Positions 26,801 through 33,338 of a stretch of 64,000 nt of DNA are shown in pieces. The position numbers and the translations under genes were made by a program. A model generated the notes under the pieces. That model saw only the letters and a list, made by a program, of their open reading frames with translations. It was not told the DNA's origin and ran no database searches. This DNA comes from an uncultured Bacteroidales bacterium (GTDB lineage: Bacteria > Bacteroidota > Bacteroidia > Bacteroidales > CAIXZF01). How positions within the stretch are numbered: position 1 is the first letter of the stretch; each line of letters begins with the position of its first letter. The stretch is from the NCBI GenBank assembly GCA_903923925.1, contig CAIXZF010000036.1, positions 1,093 through 65,092 of the forward strand, given 5' to 3'.

Positions 26801-28923
26801 CTCAGGCAGGTATGTCAAACTATAGCTGGTGGGTTTCACCTGGTGGTATAATAACTGCTGGTGGCACATCTTCCAGCAATACAATCACTATTACCTGGGG
26901 ATTTAATGGTGCTGGATCTGTGAGGGTTAGCTATATTAATCAATTCGGATGCCAGGTGTCACAATCACCATATTACCCTGTAACCATTATTTCTGCTCCG
27001 GAACCAATTATTTCAGGTTTGAATACTATCTGTGCAGGAATCCAGAATGTTGTTTATTCAACGGCATCAGGAATGTCAAATTATGTATGGACAATTTCTG
27101 AAGGAGGAGTTGTTACTGCCGGAGGTACATCAACAAGTAATTCAGTTGCAATTACCTGGTTAACATCAGGTTCCAAAACTGTTAGTGTAAATTACGCCAA
27201 CTCACAGGGTTGTTCTGCAGCAAATCCTACTATTTTTCCTGTATATGTAAATCCAACTGTTCTACCTGTTATTTCAGGATCTTCGATGGTTTGTAAGGGT
27301 TTGTCGTCTAACACCTACTCAACTCAGGCTAATATGTCGAATTATGTATGGGGAATTTCACCGGGTGGAGTTATAATTGCAGGAGGGTCTGCTACTTCAA
27401 ATAGTTTGGTGATTGTTTGGACTACAAATGGACCACAATGGGTAAAAGTAAGTTTCATGAATGGAAATTGCCAGTCAGATGTAATTACTTACCCTGTTAT
27501 TGTAAATCCAAGACCTACTGCTAATGCAGGTTCTAATGTGATTATTAATCAGGGTGATTCAGCTCAGCTTAATGGTTCATCAACTGGTGGAACGCCTCCA
27601 TATAATTTCATGTGGTCGCCTGCAGCAACACTTTCTAATTCTCTGATCGCTAATCCATTGGCTAGTCCTGCATCGAGTACTGCATACCAGCTTCTGGTTA
27701 CAGATAATGCCGGATGTATGTCAACAGATGATATGGTGGTTGAAATTCAGTCAGCATATCCAGGAATTAACGGAGTAATCAGTTATGATAACACGAATTC
27801 TTCTTTGATAGACAGTGCTCTTGTAACTTTACGCGATGGTGCTGGCAGTGTAATTCAAACAACGCATTCTGATCTTAACGGCCATTATATTTTCACAGGA
27901 TTATTGCCTGGCGCTTATAATGTAAGTGCTACACCAAACTGGCCATGGGGCGGAGTTAATTCTGAGGATGCTCTGCGTATTATTTTCCATTACAATCATA
28001 TAATCCTTCTCACTGGTGTTAAGGAAAAAGCAGCGGATGTGAATGGCGATAATGCCATAAACTCAATTGATGCACTTATGGTTGTAAAAAGGTTTGTTAT
28101 GCAAATTCTTTCATTCCCTGTTGGTGACTGGGCTTGTGAAGCCAATCCAATCAATGTGAACACTACTATGGTAGTCAACAATTTCAAGGTACTGTGCTAT
28201 GGAGATGTAACTGGATCCTATAATCCGCCTTCAGTTAAACATGAACCAAGTGTTAGCCTTACTGTTGCTGATAACTTAGAAGTTAGTTCAGGAACTGAAT
28301 TTGAAGTACCGATTAAAGCTGATGGGACTTTATCAGTCGGAGCAATTTCTCTGGTTATTCATTTTCCAGCTAATCTGATGGAGATTAAAGGTGTTGAAAT
28401 GAATAATTCTGACAATCTGGTATACAATGTTCTCAATGGAGAAGTTAGGATTTCATGGTACAATACAAATCCTGAAGTTTTCACGAATAATACTATTCTT
28501 ACCTTAAAAATCAAGGCCGGAGATTTGTTTGGAATTACAAATGATATGCTGGAATTGAACCTCGATGGGGAAAGTGAAATAAGTAACAATCACTCCATTA
28601 CAATTCAAAATGTAAATCTTACCTATCCAAGACTTCTAATTGCATCAAACGATTATAGTCTGGCTAACTATCCGAATCCTTTCGATAAGGAAAGCGAAAT
28701 TATATATACTTTACCTGAGGATGGAACAGTAACTTTAAAGGTTTACAACCTCATGGGAGAACAAATAGCTTTGCTTGTTGATAATTCTGATCAGAAGGCA
28801 AGTACTTACAAAATCAGATTAGATGGTTCAAATATGGTTCCTGGTATTTACACCTGCATGATAGAAGTGACAGGCAAAAGCAGGAATTTTGTGAAGACTA
28901 CTAAAATGGTAATTTCACGGTAG
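17845..28923 (+). CDS. Giant (3692 aa) T9SS-secreted surface protein / putative adhesin. Contains two parallel beta-helix super-modules, Fn3/Ig-like arrays, a CarboxypepD_reg-like domain, dockerin-like and cohesin-like modules, and a Por/T9SS C-terminal sorting domain.
   Basis: Single uninterrupted ORF with a signal peptide MKKTILLLGSILLLVGMSYGQ. Beta-helix rungs repeat (NNTI.N, GNTIGN, NNKIYNI). The motif TDIDG..R....(D)(I/M)GADE(F/Y) occurs twice, near 20200-20295 and 22240-22297. Domain arrays are listed separately. The C-terminus ..LANYPNPFDKESEIIYTLPEDGTVTLKVYNLMGEQIALLV...GIYTCMIEV matches the T9SS CTD pattern. Confidence 0.95.
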   Translation: MKKTILLLGSILLLVGMSYGQITISGSIGANGTYTSLTNAAGAFAAINGTVQTGAIITISITADVTTEAGTNALNSGAWTSLSINPSGVRTISGAVTGHLIDFNGASNVTINGLNAGGNSLVLSNTAIGASSTVRFTNDASNNTITNCVLQGSSTSFGVIYFGTGTVTGNDNNVVSNCSIAPAGSNLPLNGVYSMGSSSIIDNSNITVSGNNIYDFFSSTLASNGMNINSFNSAWTITNNKLYQSFSKNYSTANTHCGIFITSGSGYTITGNTIGYASAGGTGTYVMTSTVATRFIGFNLAVGTTTATTSIQGNTVTAISLATSSGASTTYGILCGFNITSGNVNMGNVTPNIIGGASGTNLLSAVPTTTGGMVVGINTSSTGTILIQNNVIGGFYSSGTTAAVAGAVCGIDVSGVAASMTITGNTIGNTTANSMQAGTLTTTGSSFAAGIYLPSTSTTATITNNTIQNLTSYGTGASGYVRGIFTAASSAAIATLNINSNTIFNLTSNNTNASISNGNAGGVGINLGTGSVTSVSNNTIYNISLTNTGTGGYFAAGITLANATSPLVSNNKIYNITNASTSVTATAPGIAAGVIVRSATTAAIVVNNMISLGNGQTSNTAFIGIQCNHGSSPNPNDYIYYNTINIEGTAAAGAMPSFCFYRGDFSTTARTMTVDIRDNILSNTRSGGTGKHYAIANNYGASAVSAVGWSANASNYNVLNGNIATIGYWGADRTFSDWKTVSLSDANSLSAVSTPFVSTAAGNLHLNFGLTPTQIESGGVAIAGITTDIDGQTRPGPVPSVNGAGLFPDIGADEFDAVLLDLNPPVITYTPVPNTASTSVRTLVATITDVSGVASGVNKPVLYWKINSAATYTGPVSPISISGSSYTYTFGSGVVTGDFVSYFIVAQDISSNNNVGSYPAGATVTANPPLASAGPPAPSIYSILYLLCGSKTVGTVGADYPTITAALADLNSKELCGPLTLTLLDASYATETLPLVINANPGSSLTNTVKIKPAIGISTTISGASASGPVFKILNSNTTVDGSNTVGGTTKDIIVANTSATSPSVFVIGSTGTTPITGVTVKNCTIINGANTATAVTISDGIVAGTVGYFNNITIQNNSIQKAYIGIYAIANMAAGNGSGLMITGNDLSTSGANSIRLVGLYVQGVDGCTLSNNLIGNIANTLDAANLTGIWLATGTINANLTGNTISAISGTLTSPRGIAVSSAVSGSNVTISDNVISSMTSIISQVSYGIYFFSTTSGCIIQRNKISDIKNTNSGGYSAIAIALGSTLTDANTTVQNNFIWDVAGYGYASTTTDNGYGINILSGGGYRLYYNSVNLATDQTSTTGVPAALIINSLVTTANSLDIRNNIFSITSAIGTNRYSVLCNAANTVFSFLNYNDYYSTGPNLGYIGADRLDLAAWQTGTGKDANSVSGSPSYVSNTNLHILFSAVTPVSNSGNTIAGVTTDIDGDTRTSTPDMGADEYTYISSTVVDPTAVAANAIHSTKINLSFVPNVSTNDVVIVWSLTNTFTAPSGTPTVGGPLAGGIVLSIGTSSPVSHTGLTPLVPYYYMVYSYNGYFYSPGVAVTATPMVAPPAAFTATPVSSTQINLAYSLNAQSNNVVIATAPTSTFGAPVNGTPLVVNNTIVGGGTVIYVGPLAAFNHTSLTMNTAYYYAIWSYDAFNYYSNPGVTANATTQCILPSITGTAPGSRCGTGTVVLGATSSAGTINWYSTPTLGTSLGTGTSFTTPILSANTTYYVDANNSGCITSTRTAVLATVTEIPTITGTTAGSRCGTGTVVLNATSSAGTVYWYSVSTNGTSLGSGSPFTTPVISSNTTYWVDATLNGCTSGSRTSVLASVNALPANPLISSASTNLTCLSPSILLTASSTTPGVSYSWSSGGTLATTTVVNQGTYTVTISIPATGCYAAPSIVITKDPSLPTSPSIAAPTTILTCSTTSIILTASAIDNSPPANLTYSWSGGGTTATKSVSAPGTYFVTITDPDNGCSTNTSILISQNIAAPSSIVINSSAAALTCATTSILLTASATDNSGLSNLTYLWSGGGTGTTKTITTVGTYVITVTDPDNGCSNTGSKVITQSITGPTSAVINSPTTVITCSVPSIVLTASATDPYLTSNLTYLWSTTATTVAITVTIPGTYTVTITDPDNGCSSVASVLITQPIGLPAAPVSGGDQINCQVPIQTIVATATPPTGSSVVWFDAATLGNIVASPSLSALGTVNYWAASMFISTGCYSLTRTKVTLNIVLPVGTPTPISVSSGTEPSCQINTNSTTTTYGTTAIGSTGFNWTTNNPAAGTIGASTGVMAWTNGFSGTVQIQAIALGCNGPSSMVTRTVIVKPPIGQTSFFVGPVSTRCQGAGTETYSASAANTSNIVYAISPTGLNTINSATGLVTWNAAFSGTAVITATASGCYGPTTATHTVTVTAWTIPTFTAGVSSVCVPSAGNVYSTQTGMNNYSWTVSAGGTITSGSGSSSITVTWNTAGPQTVTVSYLNTYWCSAPTSGVYTVNAYSHPVSTLSGPASMCVGSAGNVYTTEAGMSAYSWVVSAGGTITAGGNSSSNTVTVTWTTAGSKTVSVNYSNANGCTTTSTAVVPVTVNALPVPTITGPNAMCIGTAGNVYTTQSGMSNYIWTVSPGGTVTAGGNSSSNTVTVTWNTTGAKTVTATYTNLNACVASSPASYAVTVNALPIPVITGPSTMCAGTTGSVYVTQAGMSNYSWSISGGGTIVAGGTSASNTVTVNWVTPGSQSVHVNYTNANACTGAVPAGYNVTVNSLPVPTLSGPAIVCSGAAANVYTTQAGMTAYSWIVSPGGTITSGGTSASNSVTVTWSSTGAKTVIVNYVNANSCTSANPAVFNVLVNTLPTPSITGPSSFCGPQAGNTYTTQPGMSNYSWNVSTGGTITAGGTASSNTITINWTTLGNHSLGVTYSDPNGCAAPVAANFNVSVNPVVVPSISGPYSVCATIPGNVYSTQAGMSNYSWWVSPGGIITAGGTSSSNTITITWGFNGAGSVRVSYINQFGCQVSQSPYYPVTIISAPEPIISGLNTICAGIQNVVYSTASGMSNYVWTISEGGVVTAGGTSTSNSVAITWLTSGSKTVSVNYANSQGCSAANPTIFPVYVNPTVLPVISGSSMVCKGLSSNTYSTQANMSNYVWGISPGGVIIAGGSATSNSLVIVWTTNGPQWVKVSFMNGNCQSDVITYPVIVNPRPTANAGSNVIINQGDSAQLNGSSTGGTPPYNFMWSPAATLSNSLIANPLASPASSTAYQLLVTDNAGCMSTDDMVVEIQSAYPGINGVISYDNTNSSLIDSALVTLRDGAGSVIQTTHSDLNGHYIFTGLLPGAYNVSATPNWPWGGVNSEDALRIIFHYNHIILLTGVKEKAADVNGDNAINSIDALMVVKRFVMQILSFPVGDWACEANPINVNTTMVVNNFKVLCYGDVTGSYNPPSVKHEPSVSLTVADNLEVSSGTEFEVPIKADGTLSVGAISLVIHFPANLMEIKGVEMNNSDNLVYNVLNGEVRISWYNTNPEVFTNNTILTLKIKAGDLFGITNDMLELNLDGESEISNNHSITIQNVNLTYPRLLIASNDYSLANYPNPFDKESEIIYTLPEDGTVTLKVYNLMGEQIALLVDNSDQKASTYKIRLDGSNMVPGIYTCMIEVTGKSRNFVKTTKMVISR
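22938..23418 (+). repeat. Two tandem ~80-aa Ig-like modules (ITGT..GSRCGTGTVVL.ATSSAGT..WYS....GTSLG.G..FTTP..S.NTTY.VDA...GC.S..RT.VLA.V)
   Basis: Direct reading of the translated protein. The period is about 240 bp. Confidence 0.7.
23437..24375 (+). repeat. Four tandem 78-aa modules (...LTC...SI.LTASA.D......LTY.WS.GGT...K.....GTY.VT(I/V)TDPDNGCS......I.Q)
   Basis: Period 234 bp, with copy starts near 23437, 23671, 23905 and 24139. Confidence 0.75.
25166..27513 (+). repeat. Nine tandem 87-aa (261-bp) Ig/PKD-like modules (P.P.I(T/S)GP...C.G..GNVY(T/S)TQ.GMSNY.W.VS.GGTITAGG.SSSNT(V/I)T(V/I).W...G.K.V.VNY.N.NGC....P....V.VN)
   Basis: Equivalent codons sit at 25427, 25687/25688, 25948, 26209, 26470, 26731, 26992 and 27253, an exact 261-bp register. 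Copies are diverged at DNA level. Confidence 0.85.
27945..28110 (+). other. Dockerin-like segment within the giant protein
   Basis: WGGVNSEDALRIIFHY....(linker)....ADVNGDNAINSIDALMVVKRFV. The second repeat is a canonical D.N.D..(I/V)N..D...(L/M)...(K/R)..(V/L) Ca-binding loop plus helix. The first is loop-degenerate. Confidence 0.55.
28243..28640 (+). other. Cohesin-like beta-sandwich module within the giant protein
   Basis: EPSVSLTVADNLEVSSGTEFEVPIKADGTLSVGAISLVIHFPANLMEIKGVEMNN...GEVRISWYN......NNTILTLKIKAG. The pattern resembles the three cohesin-like modules of the gene at 1-4478. Confidence 0.5.
28660..28920 (+). other. T9SS (Por) C-terminal sorting domain
   Basis: L.NYPNPF......I.Y.LPE.G.V.LKVYN..G.....LV........Y......S....GIY......... 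at the extreme C-terminus. Confidence 0.85.
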
Positions 28924-28940
28924 TATTTATTAAGTAACAA

Positions 28941-28978
28941 AAAAGAGGATGTTCCAAAAGGGTCATCCTCTTTTTTGT
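28941..28978 (+). terminator. Rho-independent terminator of the giant gene
   Basis: aaaagaggatg-(12-nt loop)-catcctctttt followed by a T run. It begins 18 nt after the stop codon. Confidence 0.8.
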
Positions 28979-29095
28979 TTTATAATACTCTGAGTTTAGT
29001 TGATCGATTCAACGCCTGTAAAATTTGGTTGGACCAGTTCGCTCACGGCCGCGTGGCCCCGAAACCGAAACCGCAAAGTGTCAGGAGGTCTGAGC

Positions 29096-32029
29096 TTAGT
29101 TGCTTTTTAATCCGGAGTAAATAATTTCGTGAATTTTAGTACGAATGTTCATTTTCGCAAGCTTGTTATTTGATGCATCAGGGTTAACCCGGTTCGAAAG
29201 GAAAATGTAAATCAGTTCACTTTCCGGATCAGCCCAAATGTAAGTGCCAGTAAAACCGCTATGTCCAAAACTTTTTTGAGAAGCACTTTTGCAGCTTGGG
29301 CCATTTTCAGAGAACTCAGGTAAGGGCTTGTCCCAGCCGATTGCCCGCCTGTTATCATTCCAGGGGAACTGCACGGATGTGAACATATCAACAGTTTCCT
29401 TTTTCAAATACCGAATACCAGCATAGCTTCCTCCGTTCATTAACATCTGAAGTAATACTGCAAGATCATTTGCGTCAGAAAAGAGTCCTGCATGACCTGC
29501 AATCCCGCCCAATAAGGCAGCAGCCGGGTCATGCACATATCCTTGTAACTTTTGTTTTCTGAAAATGGTATCATTTTCGGTAGGAATAATCCTGGAAAGC
29601 GGAAAATGTTCGGTTGGATTAAAGCCAATAGTATTAAGACCCAAGGGAGCGTAAAACGTTTTATTTAAATAGGATTCAAAATCAAGTCCGCTCTGCTTTT
29701 CCACGATTTTCTTCAGCAGTATAAATCCCAGATCGCTGTAAAGGTATTTTACCTGCTTTTCAAGAGGCGATTCAGCAATATACTGAAAGAGGCTATCTCT
29801 GTAATCTGCTCTTAAAAACAGACTGTCAGCAACTTTAAACGGGTACTTTTCGGAGAATACAGACTTGTATAAATTTGTATCCGGCCCGTTCATTGTAATT
29901 GTTTTTTTGTAAAAAGGAATCCAGGGGGTCAGACGCGCCTGATGAGTCATTATATCCCGTATTATTAAATCGCTTTTATTTGAATTAATAAGGAAAGGTA
30001 AATAATGTCCAAGCCGCTCTTCAAGATCGATTTTGCCATCTTCATAGAGTTTCATGATGGCCAGTGTTGTAGCAGCAACTTTTGTTACAGAAGCAAGATC
30101 GTACAAATCGCCTGGTCTGACTGCTTTTCCGGAAATATAATCTGAAAAACCATATGCCTTGTTAATAATGACATTCCCTTTCCATGAAACTAATATTTCG
30201 CAGCCAGGAAATGCTCTTTCTTTTATACCCAAATTGACGACAGAGTCTATTTTGCCAAGAAATGAAGAGTTGTTGAGAATTTCTTCTGGCATTCTATAGT
30301 TGAGTCTTCCAATTGAACTATATTTTATTGATGTATTGAGTTTAAATCCATTTCCGGCATCAACGGGAAGCCTGCCTTTTATCCCAATAGCCCCCATTAT
30401 AGCTTCTGCAGCTAAAGACCAGGTATTGGCATTGTCCTGATAACAAATAAGGATAGAAGCCGGTGCTCTCAGTGGTGCGTGGCGTGCCAGTGCGTATGGA
30501 TTTCCGAAAAGTGTTAAAACTTCGGTTTGCTGTTCTGCAATACAGCGAACCAATTCGGCTGCATCTGACTGAATCCCAAATCCTTTATCGGCAAGAATAC
30601 TTGTATTTGTTATACCTGTAATAACCAGGTTGAATTTTCTGAGTTGAGATAGCAGTGTATCAATTAAAGATAATGCCGGGTTTGAAGGAATACTGAAAGT
30701 TGCGACATTCGCATAATTTGCCACCATTTGCTGGAAAGGATGAAGTGTTGTATCACCGATTATCAGACAGGCAATTTTTAATGTATCCAGATTTTTTATC
30801 GGCAGTAACGACCGCTCATTTTTTACAAGTGTTAATGATTCTGCAATTATTTTTCGGCCAAGAACTTCATTTTCTTTCTTGTTAAGATCATCATAAAGAC
30901 CTTTAATTTCAATTGGTTTGTAATTATCAAGACCGGCTTTTTGTTTGTATTCAAGTACTTTTAAACACCTTGCATCAATATCTTCTGGCCAGATTATACA
31001 GCTATCAACAGCATCTTTAATTTTTTTCAGAGTAAGTGGTATATTTTGAGGCATCAGAAGAATATCGTTTCCGGCAAGCAGGGCTTTTACAGAAACTTCT
31101 CCTGCCTTATTGGTATTTGTTACGCCTCCCATTTCTAAGGCATCCGTAATTACAAAGCCTTTAAATCCGAGTTCATCTCTTAAAATAGTTTGAATTATTG
31201 TATAAGAAAGAGTAGATGCATGATTGCTTTGATTGTCGAGTGCAGGCACCAGCAAATGACCAACCATCACACCATCGATTTGATCTTTAATTAATTGTCT
31301 GTATGGATAAAGGTCAACTGAATCCAGAAATCTTCTGGAATGTTTTACTACAGGCAAAGTATAATGCGAATCTGAATCCGTATCCCCATGTCCTGGAAAA
31401 TGCTTTATTGTTCCGATTGTGCCACTTTTCTGCATCCCTTTAAGGTATGCCCTAGCTTTATTAGTTACATTATCCCTGTCCTGGCCAAAAGACCGCATAT
31501 TTATCACAGGGTTTTTAGGATTTGAGTTGATATCAACAACTGGGGCGAAGTTCATTTGAATTCCCATTCGTTTGCAATGTTCACCAATTTTAACACCCAT
31601 CTGAAATACCAGGCTATCATCCGAAATAGCTCCAACAGTCATCATATACGGAAACCCAAATGTGCTGTCGAGGCGCATTGCCAATCCCCGTTCTGCATCC
31701 ATTGTTACAAAAAGCGGAGTTTTGGCGATACTTTGGTAATAGTTGGTAATATTGGCTTCCCGAATTGGAGTGCTTTTAAAAAAAACCACTCCGCCGATAT
31801 TGTAGTTTCGGATAAGATCAGGTATTTCGGGCAGGAAAATATTGTCTTTGTTCGCTCTTACAAAAATGATCTGAGCAATTCGTTGCTCAAGACTAAGTGT
31901 CTGCATAACAGAATCTGCCCAACAAGAATCAGGCGTTTCTGCAGGATAGTAAACATGAGAATTCGAAGAAGAAAGACGTACCGAAATAATCAGCAGAAAG
32001 GATATTATCCAAAGAAAGCGTCGGGACAT
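29096..32029 (-). CDS. Glycoside hydrolase family 3 (NagZ-like beta-N-acetylhexosaminidase) fused to a serine beta-lactamase/esterase (class C-like) domain
   Basis: 977 aa with a signal peptide. The GH3 N-domain motif is KHFPGHGDTDSDSH. The C-terminal half has the S-x-x-K motif (ASVTKV) plus YSD/HSGFTG-type motifs of the beta-lactamase-related family. Confidence 0.85.
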   Translation of the reverse strand: MSRRFLWIISFLLIISVRLSSSNSHVYYPAETPDSCWADSVMQTLSLEQRIAQIIFVRANKDNIFLPEIPDLIRNYNIGGVVFFKSTPIREANITNYYQSIAKTPLFVTMDAERGLAMRLDSTFGFPYMMTVGAISDDSLVFQMGVKIGEHCKRMGIQMNFAPVVDINSNPKNPVINMRSFGQDRDNVTNKARAYLKGMQKSGTIGTIKHFPGHGDTDSDSHYTLPVVKHSRRFLDSVDLYPYRQLIKDQIDGVMVGHLLVPALDNQSNHASTLSYTIIQTILRDELGFKGFVITDALEMGGVTNTNKAGEVSVKALLAGNDILLMPQNIPLTLKKIKDAVDSCIIWPEDIDARCLKVLEYKQKAGLDNYKPIEIKGLYDDLNKKENEVLGRKIIAESLTLVKNERSLLPIKNLDTLKIACLIIGDTTLHPFQQMVANYANVATFSIPSNPALSLIDTLLSQLRKFNLVITGITNTSILADKGFGIQSDAAELVRCIAEQQTEVLTLFGNPYALARHAPLRAPASILICYQDNANTWSLAAEAIMGAIGIKGRLPVDAGNGFKLNTSIKYSSIGRLNYRMPEEILNNSSFLGKIDSVVNLGIKERAFPGCEILVSWKGNVIINKAYGFSDYISGKAVRPGDLYDLASVTKVAATTLAIMKLYEDGKIDLEERLGHYLPFLINSNKSDLIIRDIMTHQARLTPWIPFYKKTITMNGPDTNLYKSVFSEKYPFKVADSLFLRADYRDSLFQYIAESPLEKQVKYLYSDLGFILLKKIVEKQSGLDFESYLNKTFYAPLGLNTIGFNPTEHFPLSRIIPTENDTIFRKQKLQGYVHDPAAALLGGIAGHAGLFSDANDLAVLLQMLMNGGSYAGIRYLKKETVDMFTSVQFPWNDNRRAIGWDKPLPEFSENGPSCKSASQKSFGHSGFTGTYIWADPESELIYIFLSNRVNPDASNNKLAKMNIRTKIHEIIYSGLKSN

Positions 32030-32030
32030 A

Positions 32031-33317
32031 TCATTTTTTTGCTTTTGGTGAAGCTTTCTTAGTGCTTATTTTTTTTGGTTTTGCAATGGTTTCCGCCTGA
32101 ATTTCTGTTTTCGGAACAACTACTTTGTTTTCAGATTTTTCATCCACACGAATCATGAAATCAGCAAGTACATTCATGTAGTTAATGAAGGCATCATATG
32201 GAGATGAATATGGATTGAAATATTTATGTACATCACCATCACTAAACCATTTTGTGGACATATAATAGAAATGGTCGCTGCTTTGCAGATATTCCCAATC
32301 TTTCAATATTGATTCATCAGTAATAGAACTTACTTTCTTCTCGTAGCTGTAAAGCTTGGCAAGCGCTTCTTTCTGAAGCTCATTTCCCCACCATGCAGTA
32401 AGGTCTCTTTCTTCATCTGCCCAAGAAATTGCATCTTTAACATTAATTGAAGAAACTGGTTGAAGCAATTTGGCTACTTCGGAAGGGGTGTGAAATTCGA
32501 AATTTGTATATTTCAGGACTATTTCAGGCAAGGCCTTCAGGAACTCAAGAATGCCTGTGTCAGCTTTCTGATGTTCACCAAAGGTTTGATAGTCGATAAA
32601 AATATTGACTACTTCCTGTTTCGGATCAACAGCATTTAGCCATTTAGCAAATTTTTCGGCTGTCAGAGGCCATTCAGACCAGTCTTTATTTGAAAAACGG
32701 AAAGTAATATCATCGCTAAGCTGAAAATTTCTGAGCAGCAGTTTAAGTTTAGGGTTAATATTATTGCAATAGAGATAATTGGGGCTTTTCCAGCCCAATA
32801 TATGTTTTGCACCTTCAACAAGCATTACATTGTACCCCATATCAGCCACCATCTCTCCAATTGCATCAGAATATAGCAATTCTGTATTGCGGAATGCCTT
32901 AGGCTTTTGTCCAAGTAATTCTTCGGTAATAGCAGCATGCTTTGTAACTTCTCTGATGAATTCGTTTCTGTTGAAAACAGATGAAAGAGAATGTGAATAG
33001 GTTTCCGCAAGAAACTCAATATTGCCGGATTTTGCCAGTTTTTTAAAGCTGTTCAGCGCTTCAGGTGCAAATCTGCCGATCTGTTCAAGGGCAGTGCCGG
33101 AAATTGAAAAACTGGCTTTAAATGCGTCTTTATGTTCTTTGATATGCTGTAACAGGATATTGTTCGCCGGTATAAAACAATTTTCTGCTACTCTTCTGAT
33201 AACAGATCTGTTAGTATAGTCATCGTAATAATAATGATTATCACCAATATCGAAAAAACGATAGGTTTTTAACCTGAACGGCTGGTGTACCTGGAAATAT
33301 AAACAAATTGATCTCAT
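32031..33317 (-). CDS. Glycoside hydrolase family 57 (alpha-amylase/branching-type) protein
   Basis: 428 aa. The N-terminus MRSICLYFQVHQPFRLKTYRFFDIG..HYYYDDY is characteristic of bacterial GH57 proteins. The C-terminal tail is Lys-rich. Confidence 0.8.
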   Translation of the reverse strand: MRSICLYFQVHQPFRLKTYRFFDIGDNHYYYDDYTNRSVIRRVAENCFIPANNILLQHIKEHKDAFKASFSISGTALEQIGRFAPEALNSFKKLAKSGNIEFLAETYSHSLSSVFNRNEFIREVTKHAAITEELLGQKPKAFRNTELLYSDAIGEMVADMGYNVMLVEGAKHILGWKSPNYLYCNNINPKLKLLLRNFQLSDDITFRFSNKDWSEWPLTAEKFAKWLNAVDPKQEVVNIFIDYQTFGEHQKADTGILEFLKALPEIVLKYTNFEFHTPSEVAKLLQPVSSINVKDAISWADEERDLTAWWGNELQKEALAKLYSYEKKVSSITDESILKDWEYLQSSDHFYYMSTKWFSDGDVHKYFNPYSSPYDAFINYMNVLADFMIRVDEKSENKVVVPKTEIQAETIAKPKKISTKKASPKAKK

Positions 33318-33338
33318 ATGGCAGGAATATCTTATAAA

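Noticed and set aside
25166-27513. Strict 261-bp periodicity, considered as a possible CRISPR or satellite array
   Set aside because: The units are 261 bp, fully coding and in frame. They are diverged at DNA level and have no short conserved repeat/unique spacer alternation. This is a protein-domain array, not CRISPR.
17997-28589. Numerous 60-126-aa ORFs on the minus strand and in the other plus-strand frames inside the 11-kb gene (e.g. 17997-18308, 20805-21185, 22537-22833)
   Set aside because: These are a typical by-product of the Thr/Gly/Ala/Val/Asn-rich codon usage of the giant ORF. None has a promoter or start context, or a meaningful sequence.
31556-32062. 168-aa plus-strand ORF antisense to the 5' part of the GH3 gene
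   Set aside because: It lies entirely within a well-supported minus-strand gene (the GH3 motifs are on the other strand). No motifs or start context were found.
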